Part shown: positions 1 through 13,464 of the stretch, piece after piece
Layout: each line of letters starts with the position of its first letter
Numbering within the stretch: the first letter of the stretch is position 1
Assembly: GCA_964016885.1 (NCBI GenBank)
Contig: OZ024740.1
Location: forward strand, 354,888,001 to 354,952,000
Direction of reading: 5' to 3'
Source of the DNA: Eledone cirrhosa
Taxonomy: Eukaryota
DNA length: 64,000 nt
Translations under genes and position numbers: made by a program
The notes under the pieces: model-generated
Databases searched by the model: none
What the model was told of the DNA's origin: nothing
Seen by the model: the letters and a program-made list of their open reading frames with translations, nothing else

Positions 1-54
1 GCTTTTAAGAAACCACTGGTAAATGGAATAATTGCCTTATGTTGTTTATTACAT

Positions 55-96
<42 letters not shown>

Positions 97-1201
97 TGAG
101 GGAGCTATTTATTATAACCATGGATAATGTTATCAAATTTAGCAGTTCTCAAACTCTATCTAAAACGATCCGAATATTTGTCAACTTAGAATCAAATGGT
201 ATGATATTGTTATATTCTCTGCTTAATGCTCTCAACTGGTTATTGTTACCAAAAAAGCTCCATCCCAAAGTAATTACATTAAGCAGCTTCCACTGCACAT
301 TCAACAACTAGATTGAGCATTTTCAGAGAATAATTAATCACCAGTACCCCCCCCCCCCCCATGCATCCCTCCCATACTCCCCCCACTCCTCACTCACCCC
401 CCTCCACACTTTCATTCATTCATTGTTTGTATGCATATGTTGTTTAGTTAGGGTACTTCCTCAACTTCTGTCATTATCTATTCAGTTAACAAGTTATAAG
501 TAGTTCAGGTGTTTTAGTAATATCAATCAGTTCTTTGTTATTCCTTAAAACATTCTTATATTACTTCATATGGTGTGTTTGTTTTAGCTGGTGCATTCTT
601 ACTGACTTATTTTTATCAAGCTAACTTGTTGAATACAGGAGAATCTCCATTCAATCTAGGTCAATTAGTAGTAGTGAAAGGGTTTAATTCTTTTGATACC
701 AAACCACCTGAAAATGTCTCTAGTTTCTATGATATGGAACTGTTTATTTTAAAGTGTTTATGTTTATCTAAAAACTTTTCATCAACATTTTATGTAATAA
801 TCATTATAAAGTTCTGTTCCAAACATTAACTTAATAATGAGAGCACTGTCATGGCATGGTAGAACCCATCTGCTCTCCATGTCTGAACACAGCAAATTTC
901 TTCCAGAGAGGAAGTGAGAGAGAGATATAGAGGAAGAATTGACCCCAGTACTGGACTTGTGCTTTTTTTTTTTATTGACCTCGAAAGGATGAAAGTTGAC
1001 CTCAGTGGGATTTGGAGTGCAGAGAGCTGGAATGAACACTGCAAAGCATTCTGTTCAATGTTATAACAATTCTGTCAATTCTACGCTTTGCTATTATATT
1101 ATTAAATCTCTTCAAATTTTTGATTTTCAAAACCATAAGCAGTGTTTTTCATTAGAAATATGTTAAAACAACTAGTTAAGATATAGCTTACTTGGTAAAT
1201 G

Positions 1202-1385
1202 TGAAACGATTACCACACAATACTTCTCCTGTGTATAATCAAACTCCCCTTTTATTTCACCAACTGTCAAAACATCCGGTAACTCACTTACTTTATAAAC
1301 TGTGCAGCTACAATAATGTCCAGTTATTACTTCCTTTAAAACATTGTAATGTACGGTCCAACTGACATGTTATACAATATCAACA
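1202..1385 (-). repeat. 3' LTR of Copia element
   Basis: About 184 bp, aligns with 3372-3556 with scattered substitutions. Confidence 0.9.
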
Positions 1386-3371
1386 ATCTCCCTTTCCTTT
1401 GAAAGTTTCAGAATTATTAAAACCTATGTATGTCAACATAAACTATTAAAGTCCAAACGAAAACCCTAGAAAAAAAAACAAAACTTTAAAACGGTTCTTT
1501 AATCTGTAAAAGATCCCTTGTTCAAGGACTTTCAATAGTCTCATTGATGAAGCCCCAGTTTTTGTCAAACAGTCTAACTGTCCATTTTCTACCATTTCTT
1601 TGATTCTACTGATCTCCAGTTGCAATCTCTTTATTAAAGTGTACTGCTTCAATCCTCTTTACTTCAAAACCCCTGGTAACAAGTCTTGCTTTAGTTATCA
1701 GTTTTTCTGATGTCTCTTTCAAAGTGTACACCCATCTTGTTGACACACATTCTTGTCCTTCAGCTTTCACTTCTCTGTACACATTATTCCTCTTCCAGTT
1801 TTCAAGTTCTATTTTCTTTGTTTCTGTCCAAGATATCCTTGAAAACAAGAACGTCCTCTGCTAGTTCAGTTAAAAATTCCAAATCTTCTACCACTGGTAG
1901 GTCAACTGATTGACATATTCCTTCAAATTCAGGTTGTAAATGTTCTAAATTTAACCAGTTTTTATTTCTCCCTGTTACTTTTCCTGGCATGCTTAGTATT
2001 TTTGCTGATATCTTCTCTCTAGTCTCTTGACTTTTGTAACTAATGATCTGTCCACTTCTGATATGAAAATTTTTGTCTGTCTGTCTTTTTGAGTTTCTCT
2101 TTCATCATCAGTCAAATCATTTTGTTCTTTAGAATCACTTTCTGTTTCCTTCTGAATTGTATCTAGTTTTATTTCTTTGTTCTCTGTGTTGATTTTATTT
2201 TCATATTCTTTTTTATCACATAGTTCTTTGTCTGCAGATTTCTACAATCTCATTTTATGTGCTCTCACAACAAGACCTCCTGGTCTAACAAATACCACTG
2301 TACCATCCTGACCCATCACTGTTGCAGGACCTTTCTATTCTGGGTTGTTATACCTTTTAAAGTATACCTTGTCATCTGTCTCAAAGTTTCCAGCACTGGG
2401 ACATATCTGTTTTCTTAAAGACCTTCTGAGACATTCTGAACTTTCTACTTCAATGAAAGCTTTTCTTACAGCATGAAGGTGATTTCCAATGATATCACTT
2501 ATAGTTGTTCCTTCCAGTGCAGGTGGCTTATTTGTGAGATTGGAAGGCAGGTTTGGGTTGCATCCAAATACCAACTGATAAGCACTTCTTCCTTGTTTGG
2601 ACATTCTTTTGCCCAGTGAAAAGTTGATTGACTTCTTTTCCCAAATTTATTCATGGGATTAGTCCCCTCTCAGTTCAATAATTATACCTTGACGTACTAG
2701 TCCTCATTTGTGAAAATGCTGAGCTTTGTTTTGACTGTCTCTGTCCGAATTTACTATTTCCAGTGTAGAATGCTAATTCTTCTTGTTTAACAGTTTCTGT
2801 TGGATCAGAAGCTTGTTTATTTTGACTACCAAATATTCTTTTTAAAGCTGACTTTATAGAATCAAATGTTCTGTTCTGTGCTGCAGTTAGCACAAGTTGC
2901 TTTTCTTTCTGTAATAAACCTGAGCTATCAAGCAACCTGAACTATTATACCGCATCTGGTAACACCATTTCATATTTCTTACATAGTCTATAATATATCT
3001 CACACTCAGTAATAAATTAAGCTATAGTCATTTCACCTGTTTTGAAAAACCTGTCAAACTCATGAAAAGCTGAAATTGACAAACCTACCTTATCTCTCAA
3101 ATACAGTTTATCCAAAGCTTTAATCAAAATTGTTAGCCCACCTTTCTGATTTAATCTGTCAATGGGAATCTCAAGTGCTTTAGCTTTAGTCTGCCTCGAT
3201 AAAGAACTCTAAGTTACGGCAAGTACCTGTTCTTGTCTGTAACGTCTGTCATATATCACCATATCTCCAATTCATTTTTCCAGCCTTCATATATGCTTTT
3301 ACTTGTCAAAACTGGAGGGTTTTTGAACCCATGTGCCATATTTTTTTTTTAACAGCTACATTCTGCTGCCA

Positions 3372-3556
3372 TGAAAAGATTACCACACAATACTTCTCTT
3401 GTGTACAATCCAACTCCCCTTTTATTTCACCAACTGTCAAAACATCCGGTAACCCACTTGCTCTATAAACTGTGCAGCTACAATAACGTCCAGTTATCAC
3501 TTCCTTCAAAACATTGTAATGTATGAGTCAAACTGACATGTTATACCATGTTAACA
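3372..3556 (-). repeat. 5' LTR of Copia element
   Basis: About 185 bp, followed on the minus strand by the PBS and gag ATG. Confidence 0.9.
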
Positions 3557-3783
3557 AATGTTCTAACTAGCTATTTGATCTTTCATATAGAATGTGAAAT
3601 AGGATTAGAAAAATAAGATATTCCTTTTATGGTTATTATGTTGATTGCCAATGTATATTCAAATACCTATATTTGGCTCTGAATACTCTAAGTAACGTAG
3701 CACATTGTATCATTGCATGTATTGTGTGAAATAGCCTATGATGGAGTAGAAAGATGAGTGTACAATAGAATAGTTTGTAATCA

Positions 3784-4012
3784 TTAACTCTTTAGCATTT
3801 ACATTACTCTATATACACTGTTGTATTTTCACGGTAAAGACTTTACCTCATATAATTATCTCACATAATATCGAACCTACGAGATTTTGATATTATTTAT
3901 TTTGAGAACAATACTTTAATATTAGTATGAGTGGCTGGTTACAGCTAGTTTGAACAGAATGAGGTGAGAGAATTCTGGCCAGATAAGGCCAGTTTAAATG
4001 CTAAAGAGTTAA
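3784..4012. mobile_element. TTAA-flanked MITE family A (piggyBac-type ends)
   Basis: TIR TTAAC(C/T)CTTTAGCATTTA ... TAAATGCTAAAG(A/G)GTTAA, about 225 bp, non-coding. Confidence 0.85.
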
Positions 4013-4324
4013 CGCTTTCGATACCAAACTGCCTTGTACTGTCTCTGGTTTTATGATAGAAAACTGATTATTTTAAAGTGGAGGTGAATATAGCACCAAT
4101 TTCGCTTTCATCATGAAATTTGTACTACTTATTGTTTTTAATGTTTTGAATTAATATGGTCTTCAAAATGGTTGGAAATTGGTAAAAAAAATCATTACTT
4201 AATGGAGTTGTGAAACAAAAATTATATTCTAAATGACTCTTAAAACATTTTAAATATCGAAATATTAAAACTTCATAAATATATTCTCCATTCCTGAAAA
4301 TTTCAAAACAATACCATCAAAACA

Positions 4325-4458
4325 TAATAGGTGCTGAGCTGGCCAGCCGCAGGTGTGAGCCCTGCGAGTTGGAGTGGCTTTTCCAGCGCGTTTCCCTTGC
4401 CGTCCTCCGGGGAAATGCCTTCTCCATTCTGTCCGCCGGGGCTGTGGGTGGGCCCCAT
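4325..4458 (+). mobile_element. CRE-like retrotransposon extreme 3' fragment
   Basis: GC-rich island encoding IGAELASRRCEPCELEWLFQRVSLAVLRGNAFSILSAG. Confidence 0.72.
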
Positions 4459-4867
4459 CGCGTACCATTGTAGTTGTTGTATACAGATATTAACTCATCA
4501 ATCCCATTGTTACAGTGTCTGGAAGTAATATGTATCCCTTTCTCACTTCTCATCTCTCTCCCTCCCTCTCTTGCTTTTTTCTTTGGAAGAATTTGGCTGC
4601 ACCAGATGTGTTTAGTACCTGCCTCAGATCTTAAACAGGATTTGGATTTTTGACCATTTCTCAGACATAAAATAGGAGGTTAGCTTATATTCGAGTATAT
4701 ACTGTAGATATTAACTGTGTTACTCTGTTGGTTTCTCTCTGTCTCGTTGTCTCTGTCAGAGTGGTAGGGCACATCATTCCACACAATACAATACCTGCTC
4801 TTGGTCTACAGGTACCTCCAGTAGAGCTTGTCCTGTTGCATGTTATCATTATTATGACCACACACAG

Positions 4868-5083
4868 GGCAGTGGATTGGCAGTATCGGTAGAGAGTCAG
4901 ACAACGTTTTGCAACATAGTTACGTCCCTTTGTGTTCTGAGTTCAAACCCCACTGAGGTTAGCTTTGGCTTTCATCCTTATGGGGTCGATAAAATAAAGC
5001 ACCAGTAATGCACTGGGGTTGATTTAATCGACTTCCCCTCCCCCAAAATTGCTGGCTTTGTGCCTTTAGTAGAAATCATTATT
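4868..5083 (+). mobile_element. tRNA-derived SINE (representative of the most abundant family)
   Basis: A-box-like TGGCAGTATCGG, B box GAGTTCAAACC, central GCTTTCATCCTTATGGGGTCGATAAAATAAAGCACCAG, tail AAATTGCTGGCTTTGTGCC. Other copies at about 940-1085(-), 9860-9995(+), 31443-31665(-), 40042-40150(-), 40150-40600(+ partials), 45250-45415(+), 46527-46690(-), 47690-47912(+), 53715-54055(-), 63140-63245(+). Confidence 0.85.
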
Positions 5084-8000
5084 ATGGACACACATCCCAC
5101 TTAAATCTTATACACTGTTTTAGACCCCCCTCCCAAATAACAATAAACCTTCTGAACAATTCTCTCTCATCTTTTATATCTATGGTCTTCAATCAAATTT
5201 AAATGACTTTCTCCCAGACACAAAGCCATTGCCCCTTATTTATAGTCCATCAACTGCTACCCAGCCTATGCTCAATACTCAAACTTCATTCTCTTTACAA
5301 CTCATCTCTCTTATTTGATATCAGATGTAAGGACTTCCAGTAACTCTGGCTAAAATTTTTTTCTCCTCAACTCCTCTCAATACATTTAGCCTTTTCTGCT
5401 TGTTGAAGCCGCCAACCCACCCCTGCTACCAACAACTCAGCTTGCCATTGTCTACTAGGATTACAAAGTGTTTCATTTTATATAACACAAAACCTGTTCC
5501 ACCCATCCATGCTAGTGTAAGAAAATGGATTGAATTTGTAAAAACCATTTCATTACCATATTTCTAATGAAAGTCTATGATATTTGAATCATTTTGAAAA
5601 TAATCAAGAATGTTGAGAGATTTAGTAATAGATCTAAGTTTCTTTTAAATTGTTGTTTGAAGCACAACAAACAAAGGTTCTTACATAAAATTATGATAGA
5701 ATGTTTTTACATAAATATATACATGTTCTGAATTGTTGAACTAGGGGAGGTTTTAGTCAGTTTGATGTTAAAGGGGTTAAGCATATTTTACCAGACAATG
5801 GTACATAACAATCTATTAATCATAAGAAACAAGATATGAAAATAGAGATTGAAACTGTGGATTAACTCAGAGATATTAGGTAATGAATTATATAAAGACT
5901 AGTTCAATCATAGAATTAACAAACCACTAAAAAGCAATTAATTATTGAATGGATATTAATCTCTGTGTAATCAAATTGTATCTCTAATTAGAAATAATAG
6001 AAAGAAAAGAAAATCTATGATTAGAATATTTTGTCGAAAATAATGATAATTAAAAATATAAAGAGAATGGAATTGAAGAAAATGTTAAATTAATTTCAAG
6101 ACAAAATGATGTAATTCTAAATTTGAAAATAAATTGATGATGCTCCTATATTTCAAACAACAACAAATGTCAAATATTTCTGTTCTATTGTTGATGTCTG
6201 GAGAACAGTGTAGCTAGAGAATTAGCTTTAATCAGTATAAAGGTTACCTTCTTTAATCCTTGATAATTTTATAAGGTTGTAGAAAACTAAATTATGCATT
6301 AAATTTTTCAACTGAAACCTAATTAACCATTTTATGACCATATTTTTAATGAAATACATTGTCCAATATCATCGTTGTCATCTTCATTTTTGTCTTATAA
6401 TGCCTGCTTTCCCTGTTAGCAAGGTATGGGCATTAATTGTTTAAATAATCAAGAATTTGGAAGGATTTCGTAAAATAACTAAATTCTCCATTATGAAGCT
6501 GAATGTTATATAAAATTTCTTAACATCCTGTAATGATTTAGCAGAAAATGTCTAAAAATAGGTTTGTTAATTCATATGTTTATAATATCTAGTTACTAGT
6601 TACTAATTACTAGTTGCTAGATTGTTGTGTAAATTTGCAGTATTAGAGTTAAAATTTTAATTTCTAATGTGATACAGTCATAGAGCTGTTTTGGCTTTCC
6701 AAGGATATCATGGTTGTATGGTTTCATGTGGTGTGGTATGCAATATTAAAAGTTAAATTTAAAGAAAATACATTAAAACAGACAGTTTTGAATCATAGAA
6801 TTATGGGCAGGTTGGTATGAAAAGGATTGTGTTTCTTTTGATTCAAATAAGATACATTTGTTTCTGTCTTAGGTTAGCCATAATTGATCAGAGTTATGAT
6901 GAAAGCCATTCCAGCTGTAGTCATCTCTTCCCCCACCAGACGTTGACCATTTATCTAGGACAACATTATCCTGTGTTTCTTTTGTTTCTATTAAGGCATA
7001 ATTTGGCTGCTTACTTTTACAAGTTGTGTAATTACAGTATCTTCCTCATTGGCTCTTAAGTGATGCACTCTTTAATTATAAAGAAGACAAGCTCAGAATT
7101 TGATTTGATAATTAAAATTTTGTTTCTTTATTATCTGACTTGTATGGCAATATTTTTGGGGTAAACACTCTGTGCTTATTGATGGTGAGAAGTAAAAACA
7201 GTAGAGGTAATTCAGAAGTAGTTAACTCTTTTGATACCAGCTTGGTTCAAACTGGCTCTAGTTTTGTGAAACAAAACCACTCATTTTAAAGCGTTCTTAT
7301 TTAACTTATAATCTTTGTACATAATTTATATATGAACCATGTGTTAGCTCTTAATGTCATGTACCATATGAAGCCTCATTAGCAAGCCATTTATACCATA
7401 TTTATTATTAAGCTGGTGTTTGGAACATAACTTAAGAAATATTCTTACCTAAAAATATGATGGAAGGTTAAAATGTAAATACAAACATTTGAAAATGAAC
7501 AGTTTTGTATCTGACAGGTTGGTAACAAAATGGGTTAAGGCCGATAAAGTGTGTTTCAAGTGAGACTTAGCCCAAGCTGCTATAAACGAATGTTATTACA
7601 AGGGTAGATGAACAGTATGTAATATAATTAGTGAGTTATCTCATACTGTTATTTGGGAAGCTTTAACCCTTTAGCATTTAAACTGGTCGTATCCGGCCAG
7701 AACTCTCTCACCTCTTTCTGTTCAAACTGGCTGAAACCAGCCACTCATACTGATATTAACATATTGTTCTCAAAATAAATAATATGAAAATCTCATAGAT
7801 TCGATATAATGTGAAATTATAGATTCGATATAATGCAAAAATACAATACTATATTATATATAGAGTAATATAAATGCTAAACCACCCGAAACTGCCTCTG
7901 TTCCTGCAATAAAAAAAAAATGCTTGTTTTAAAGTACTTATATTTTTCTAAAAACTTTCTATCATACTTTTTTGTAAGAACCTTTAAGGTGTGTTCCAAA

Positions 8001-8808
8001 CACTAGATAAATGGTGAGAAAATTAGTTATGACTAAATCCTTGATTTTTAAAAAAATAATTTGAAACATAGGAAGTGCATTTCATTAAAAGTATGATAAT
8101 GAAAATGTTAAATGGCTTTTTAATCCAACAACAAATCATTGAAGTTAATTATTTCAATGACTTTATCAGCATGAAGATCATTTATCATGAGGAACTATTT
8201 GAAAGATAGTGGTGGACATCAGTTGTTTTGATGGATATTAGACACCAAATAGTTGTTGATAAAGCTTTTGCATTGTAGGTATCACATCATGACTGACATT
8301 TCAAGATTTCTATATAATTATTCAGTAGAATTCAATTCTGTGTAAATCTCAACTTTGAAATACATACAAATATAATTTTTAATTAATGTTTATATTTTCA
8401 TTTTCTCTTGTTCTAACCCTCTACTCCTCTCAGGCTTTCTACACAATGAAATATGAAATAATGAGATTTATGACCCGATCAATAAATAAGGATGTGTATT
8501 TTTAATTGTTAATCAATGGAGAGAGAGAGAGAGATTGAGGTTATTGCTTGAAGTACTATTAAATATCTATTCATTCTATTGTAATCTTGGTGTTGTGGTG
8601 AAAAACCTTTTTAGGTTAAACACCAACATTTTTATGATTAGTTTTTTAGAAAGCTAATACAATACAAGAGTGAAAATCAGAATAAAGTAGGACAAACAAT
8701 ACAAAACGGTTTACACTTTACCTTATTTTTCGTGATATTTTGTGTTTAGAACCTTTTTCTTAATAGAAAAGAAATGGAGTGTGGTGTATGGATGTTTGTC
8801 ATTAATGT

Positions 8809-9064
8809 TTAACTCTTTTGATATCAACCTACCTGAGATTGCCTTGGTTTTGTGACACACAACTGCTCATTTTAAGTTGTTTAATACTTATATACTTAAA
8901 TACTTTATATTAAAGCCTTCCATCATAATTTTATTTAAGAAAATTTTAAGTAATGTTTCAAACATCAGCTTACTAAGTGAAAACAGTTATTTCATTAAAT
9001 TCTCCAATTTTTCAAAATTAATTCATACATATAGACATTAGAAATATGGTAGCAAAAGGGTTAA
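8809..9064. mobile_element. Older TTAA MITE family B (representative)
   Basis: TTAACTCTTTTGATA ... GGTAGCAAAAGGGTTAA. Related decayed copies at about 684-1178 (interrupted by a SINE), 5540-5780, 7222-7538, 7880-8111, 50048-50210, 51647-52022, 54393-54614. Confidence 0.7.
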
Positions 9065-9174
9065 AATATATAATGTGTGTGTGTAAAAGGAAGGAAGGGG
9101 ATGGTGAAAAAACTATAACAAAACAGCAGCTGCCATTCCATTTGCAAGTGTGTGTGTATGTGTGTATTTATTTA

Positions 9175-9212
<38 letters not shown>

Positions 9213-10109
9213 TATGTGTGTGTGTGTGTGTGAATGTATGTGTATTTGTGTGAATGTATGTTTGTGAGTGTGTATTTTTGTAAGTGTGTCTGTTTGTGCT
9301 TTTATATTTATATACTCATACATAGAAATGCATGGATATGCACACACATATACACATAAGCATGAATATGTTGAAAAAAATTCTAGTTTACTAAAAAAAC
9401 AGACAATTCCTAAAAACTTCAATCTCTATTAGAACTTAATTATTACTTCAACTAAGTACTCACTGAAGTCTTAGGAATGCTCTACAGCATCTGTTTGTTC
9501 CTTGTTAGTTTATTTAGAAATTCCATAACAACCAAAATGTATTTATTAGTGACATTGTTTACATGCTATTATGTTCTTACCATTCTGTCACATCAAAGAA
9601 ACCTAGTCACCCATTACTGGTGAAAGGATTTTGAGATTTTCAACTATCAACAATTTAATTCTAGTCAAAATTTCACACTGATTTTTCTTTTGATTTAAAA
9701 CGTTCTTCAGGTTTTTAAACTTAATCTGTTGGTCTTTAAGTGGTTTAGGGATTAGAAGCAGGTGATCTGTTTAAGCTTTAGTAAGTGGTATGGCCAAAAG
9801 TGTACTTAAAATATGTTTTCTTTTATTTTCATACTGTTTATCACAAATTCCATGACTTGGCTGAGTCCTAAAGAGTGTTGGATTAAATGCTTCAGTATTT
9901 GTTCAGGCTCATTTGCACTCTTAAGTTCAAACCCCACCAAGTCAACTTTGCCTTTCAATCTTTTAGTGTTGATAGATAAAGTACCAGTCCAGGGCATGAG
10001 GATTGACGGAATTGTTAAAGAGTTGGATGGGATGCTTTATGGTATCTGTTCCAGCTATATATATTCTGAATACAAATCTTGCCTCCTCGTTATTGATTGC
10101 AGGTGCAGG

Positions 10110-10342
10110 TATGGCTATGTGGTTAAGAAGCTCGCTCCACAACCACTTGGTTTCAGGTTCCATCTCACTGCACAGCATGATGCAGGGATAATTGTGTGGT
10201 TAGGAAGTTTGCTTTGTAACCACATGGTTTCAGGCATAATCCAACTTTTCAGCACCTTTGGCAAGTGTCTTCTACTATAGCCTGGGGTCAACAAAGCCCT
10301 GTGAATGAATTTCGTAGGTAGCAACTGTTAAAGATCCCTGTC
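10110..10342 (+). mobile_element. Second tRNA-derived SINE family with duplicated head
   Basis: TGGCTATGTGGTTAAGAAG head present twice, then CCTTTGGCAAGTGTCTTCTACTATAGCC; related decayed copy at about 39667-39815. Confidence 0.65.
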
Positions 10343-11254
10343 ATGTATGGTGTATGTATATTTGTGTGTGTGTGTATGTGTGATTGTACACACATGTTTG
10401 AGTTTCCACAAATGTCTTATTGACAATACTTATATCCCACATAAATAAGGTCTCAAAACATAGTGCCTTGGCTAAAATGGTTGGTATATAACATACTTAT
10501 AACAGTAAAGTATAGGTTGGCATCAGGAATAATGTGGCCATTGAAAAACACTAAAAACATCTCATTTAACTCATGATGGCATGGAAAAACAGGCATAAAA
10601 ATGATAATCAGATTTACAAAATTACTCTTTTATTCTGTTTTTTGGTCAGCTTCTATTTTCAAACTGTTTTACCTCACTTTTTTTTCTGTTTGTTTTCTTA
10701 GTTGTATTTCTAGACTAAAAATTATTTCTGATGTAAATTTGCATCCTTCCATATTTGGAGAGTTGTCACTTTATGGAATGTAACAAGAGGTACCTTGTAC
10801 TTGTTACATATACACTGTAAAGAGTATATGAATGTGAAAGCTTCATCTGTTAAAAGACATTTAGACAGCTGCAAGAATAGATGTAACAAGATAGGAACAT
10901 CTGCAACACTGATGTATCAAATGTAGATATAACAGTAATTGGTGTATCAAATGTAGATACAATAGAACACAACATATGCAAGCTAGAAGCAACCCACACC
11001 TCATGACCCACCTGAGAGGTTATTAATTCCAATTACATACTGACTTGGTCTGTGATGACCCATCCAACACTTTCTCACAGGGAAAACAGATATTAAATGA
11101 TGACAATGATATGATACAGCAGAACCATGTCATTACAATGCAAACTTCTTAACTACACAGCCAAAGTTGTTTTCTTATAACCATTTTGCTAATTAAAAAA
11201 ACAAACTTGTATGTCTTAGGGAAATTCATATTCTATAAAGAAAATATACTAGGC

Positions 11255-11730
11255 AGGTGCAAGGTTTCATAAAGCATGGCCTGGATGCCACAGGCTTCCC
11301 TTCCCAGCTCAATCCAGTGGGGCTGGACTGAGAGTAGGGTAAAAGTTCAAATGGCATGACAATTTTCTTATTCCATGGTGGCAGGCTTCTCATCTGGGAT
11401 GCTACATATTGCGGCACCTTCTCCAGTAGCAATCTGGTGCATTCGGCTACCTGCCCAGGGCTCATAGCTCATCAGGCTGAAGAGAGCCAACTGTCAATGT
11501 ATCAGCCATTCTCTGACGAGTTTGTGGTTGAGCCTGTGGCAATGGAGTTCTTGCATCCCCCCCGTCCCCAAATCACAACCCTATTCACAGCTATTGGGGT
11601 GGAGTTGGCTACCTGCAAGTGCAAGCTCTGCGAGTTGGAGTGGTTGTTCCAGTATGACTCCTTTGCCATTCTTCAAGGCAATGTCTTTTCCATTCTATCT
11701 GCTGAGACCACGAAGCAAACTAACCCTTAA
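11255..11730 (+). mobile_element. CRE-like non-LTR retrotransposon 3' fragment (restriction-like endonuclease)
   Basis: KSSNGMTIF..GRLLIWDAT..AEESQ..VEPVAME..ELEWLFQYDSFAILQGNVFSIL resembles the PD-(D/E)xK-type C-terminus ending FQRxSxAxxRGNA. Confidence 0.75.
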
Positions 11731-13099
11731 ACAATGAGTAGTAAATACAGATCTGAAACACACATTATACTCATGCAATTATCCTCACATTTGATTATGT
11801 TATGAATTCAGCAGAGTTGATTTCTTAGGTGAAATCGATAGTTTTAAAAAGTTACAAAAGCAATCTATTACAGGAGGAAAAAATACAACTGCAAATAAAC
11901 TATTGCTTCAAATTGACTTCCTGGCTGATTTTAAGCACCCAACTGTGTATAACCTGCTGATAAAAGACTGGAATAGACTGAACAGTAGAAGAGAGAAAAA
12001 AAAAAAAAAGAACATTAGTAGCAATGAATGATATACAGCCCCCCCCCCCCCCCCCCCTCCCAAACAAAAATATATATATATACAGACTTCAACAACATTC
12101 TAATCAGTGTGTATACATTTTTGGGGGACATCCTGTATATACATATATGAGAGAGAGAGATCTTCTTTTGTTATACCCCTTCTTAAAGAGGGAGTGTGTG
12201 ACAAAAGATTTTGAAATGGTAGTAAAGAGAAAGGTAGTTTTTTTTTGTTTTTTTTTAAAGGAAAGTATGTTATAATAAAAACAAATGTGTCAGATGTAAG
12301 TACTTGGTGAACTTAGTGATTATGTTTGCCAGCTCCTGTGTCCTTATATTGCTTTCTTTACTCAGAATGATACAGTTCTCATATGGCCAAAATATGTAAC
12401 AGATGTTAACTTAGAAGATTTGAAAGATAACATTATAAAGTTACAATTTGAATTTATAGTATTTCATTATGATTCAAGCCATTATTCATGTTTGCAGAGA
12501 ACGTCACAGGTATATTTATAAAGAACTTGGAATAATAATATATCAAATTTAGCTTCTATATTATTATATTGAACATATCATAGCTTAGATTCTCAAATAT
12601 AATGTGTTCAGTATTTTTACTTTAAATCATGAAAAGGGGAGATTTGATTTTGTATTTTAATTTTGTGTTCATATGCATAAACCATATATAACTGTGAATA
12701 TGTTCTCCCTTTTCCACAAAAAAAATACGACGTGAAAAACCAGTATGCAACAACAACTGGCTTATAAAAACTTCAATACAAAATAATGGTACATTGTATT
12801 TAAATATTGTAAGTAAAATTAAGTGAGGGCCTGAATATATACTCCCTCCCAAATTTTCATTTAAACGAATATCATTTCCAAATACATATGTTCCACAGAG
12901 AAATCCCATTGGATATGAATCCCATAGGATATATATGTGCAATTGTAGTTATAGGAAATGTTTTTGAGAAGAGAAGTTATTTATATTTGACTATTTATAT
13001 TTGAGTATATCAGTAAAAATTAGAATATATGTGTGTGTGTATATGTGTGTGTATATATATGTGAGTGTGTATATGTGTGTATATATATATACATATATA

Positions 13100-13130
<31 letters not shown>

Positions 13131-13211
13131 TTCCTTATCGAGCCCTCTTTGGATTTTAGTCTTCAATTTTATTATTATTACTATATATATATATATGTGT
13201 GTGTATATATA

Positions 13212-13260
<49 letters not shown>

Positions 13261-13464
13261 GTGTGTCATCATCATCATCATTTCATTTTACGTCCACTTT
13301 TCCCTGCTTTCAAGGGTGGAACGGGAACTGATTCTGGCTTGATTTCTACAGCTGGATGCCCTTCCTAACACCAACCTCATTTACAGTGAGTGCTGGGTGC
13401 TTTTTTGCCGTGGCACCTCCACGACCACTTTGCAGTGGAATGATATGGACCCCAGTCCCTATCA

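Larger units (their letters stand above)
1202..3556 (-). mobile_element. Internally deleted Ty1/Copia LTR retrotransposon (GalEa-like)
   Basis: Direct repeats 1202-1385 and 3372-3556 with TG...CA ends, AATG on both flanks; minus-strand PBS TGGCAGCAGA next to the 5' LTR and purine tract AAAGGAAAGGGAGA before the 3' LTR. Remnants of gag (MAHGFKNPPVLTSKSIYEGWKNELEIW), integrase tail (AYQLVFGCNPNLPS), RT start (STRWVYTLKE..KARLVTRGFE) and RNase H end (QLDCLTKTGAS), in Copia order. Confidence 0.9.

Noticed and set aside
12085-12140. Tc1/mariner-like terminal sequence (TACAGGATGTCCCCCAAAAATGTATACAC on minus)
   Set aside because: No matching second TIR or transposase remnant could be confirmed.
12498-12509. 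Possible 12-nt micro-exon (tttgcag AGAACGTCACAG gtatat) as a FAM135 5' UTR exon
   Set aside because: Such splice-like matches arise by chance in AT-rich DNA; no supporting evidence.
12622-12942. 106-aa minus-strand ORF, and the similar 134-aa ORF at 29888-30292
   Set aside because: No recognisable motifs, splice structure or family similarity.
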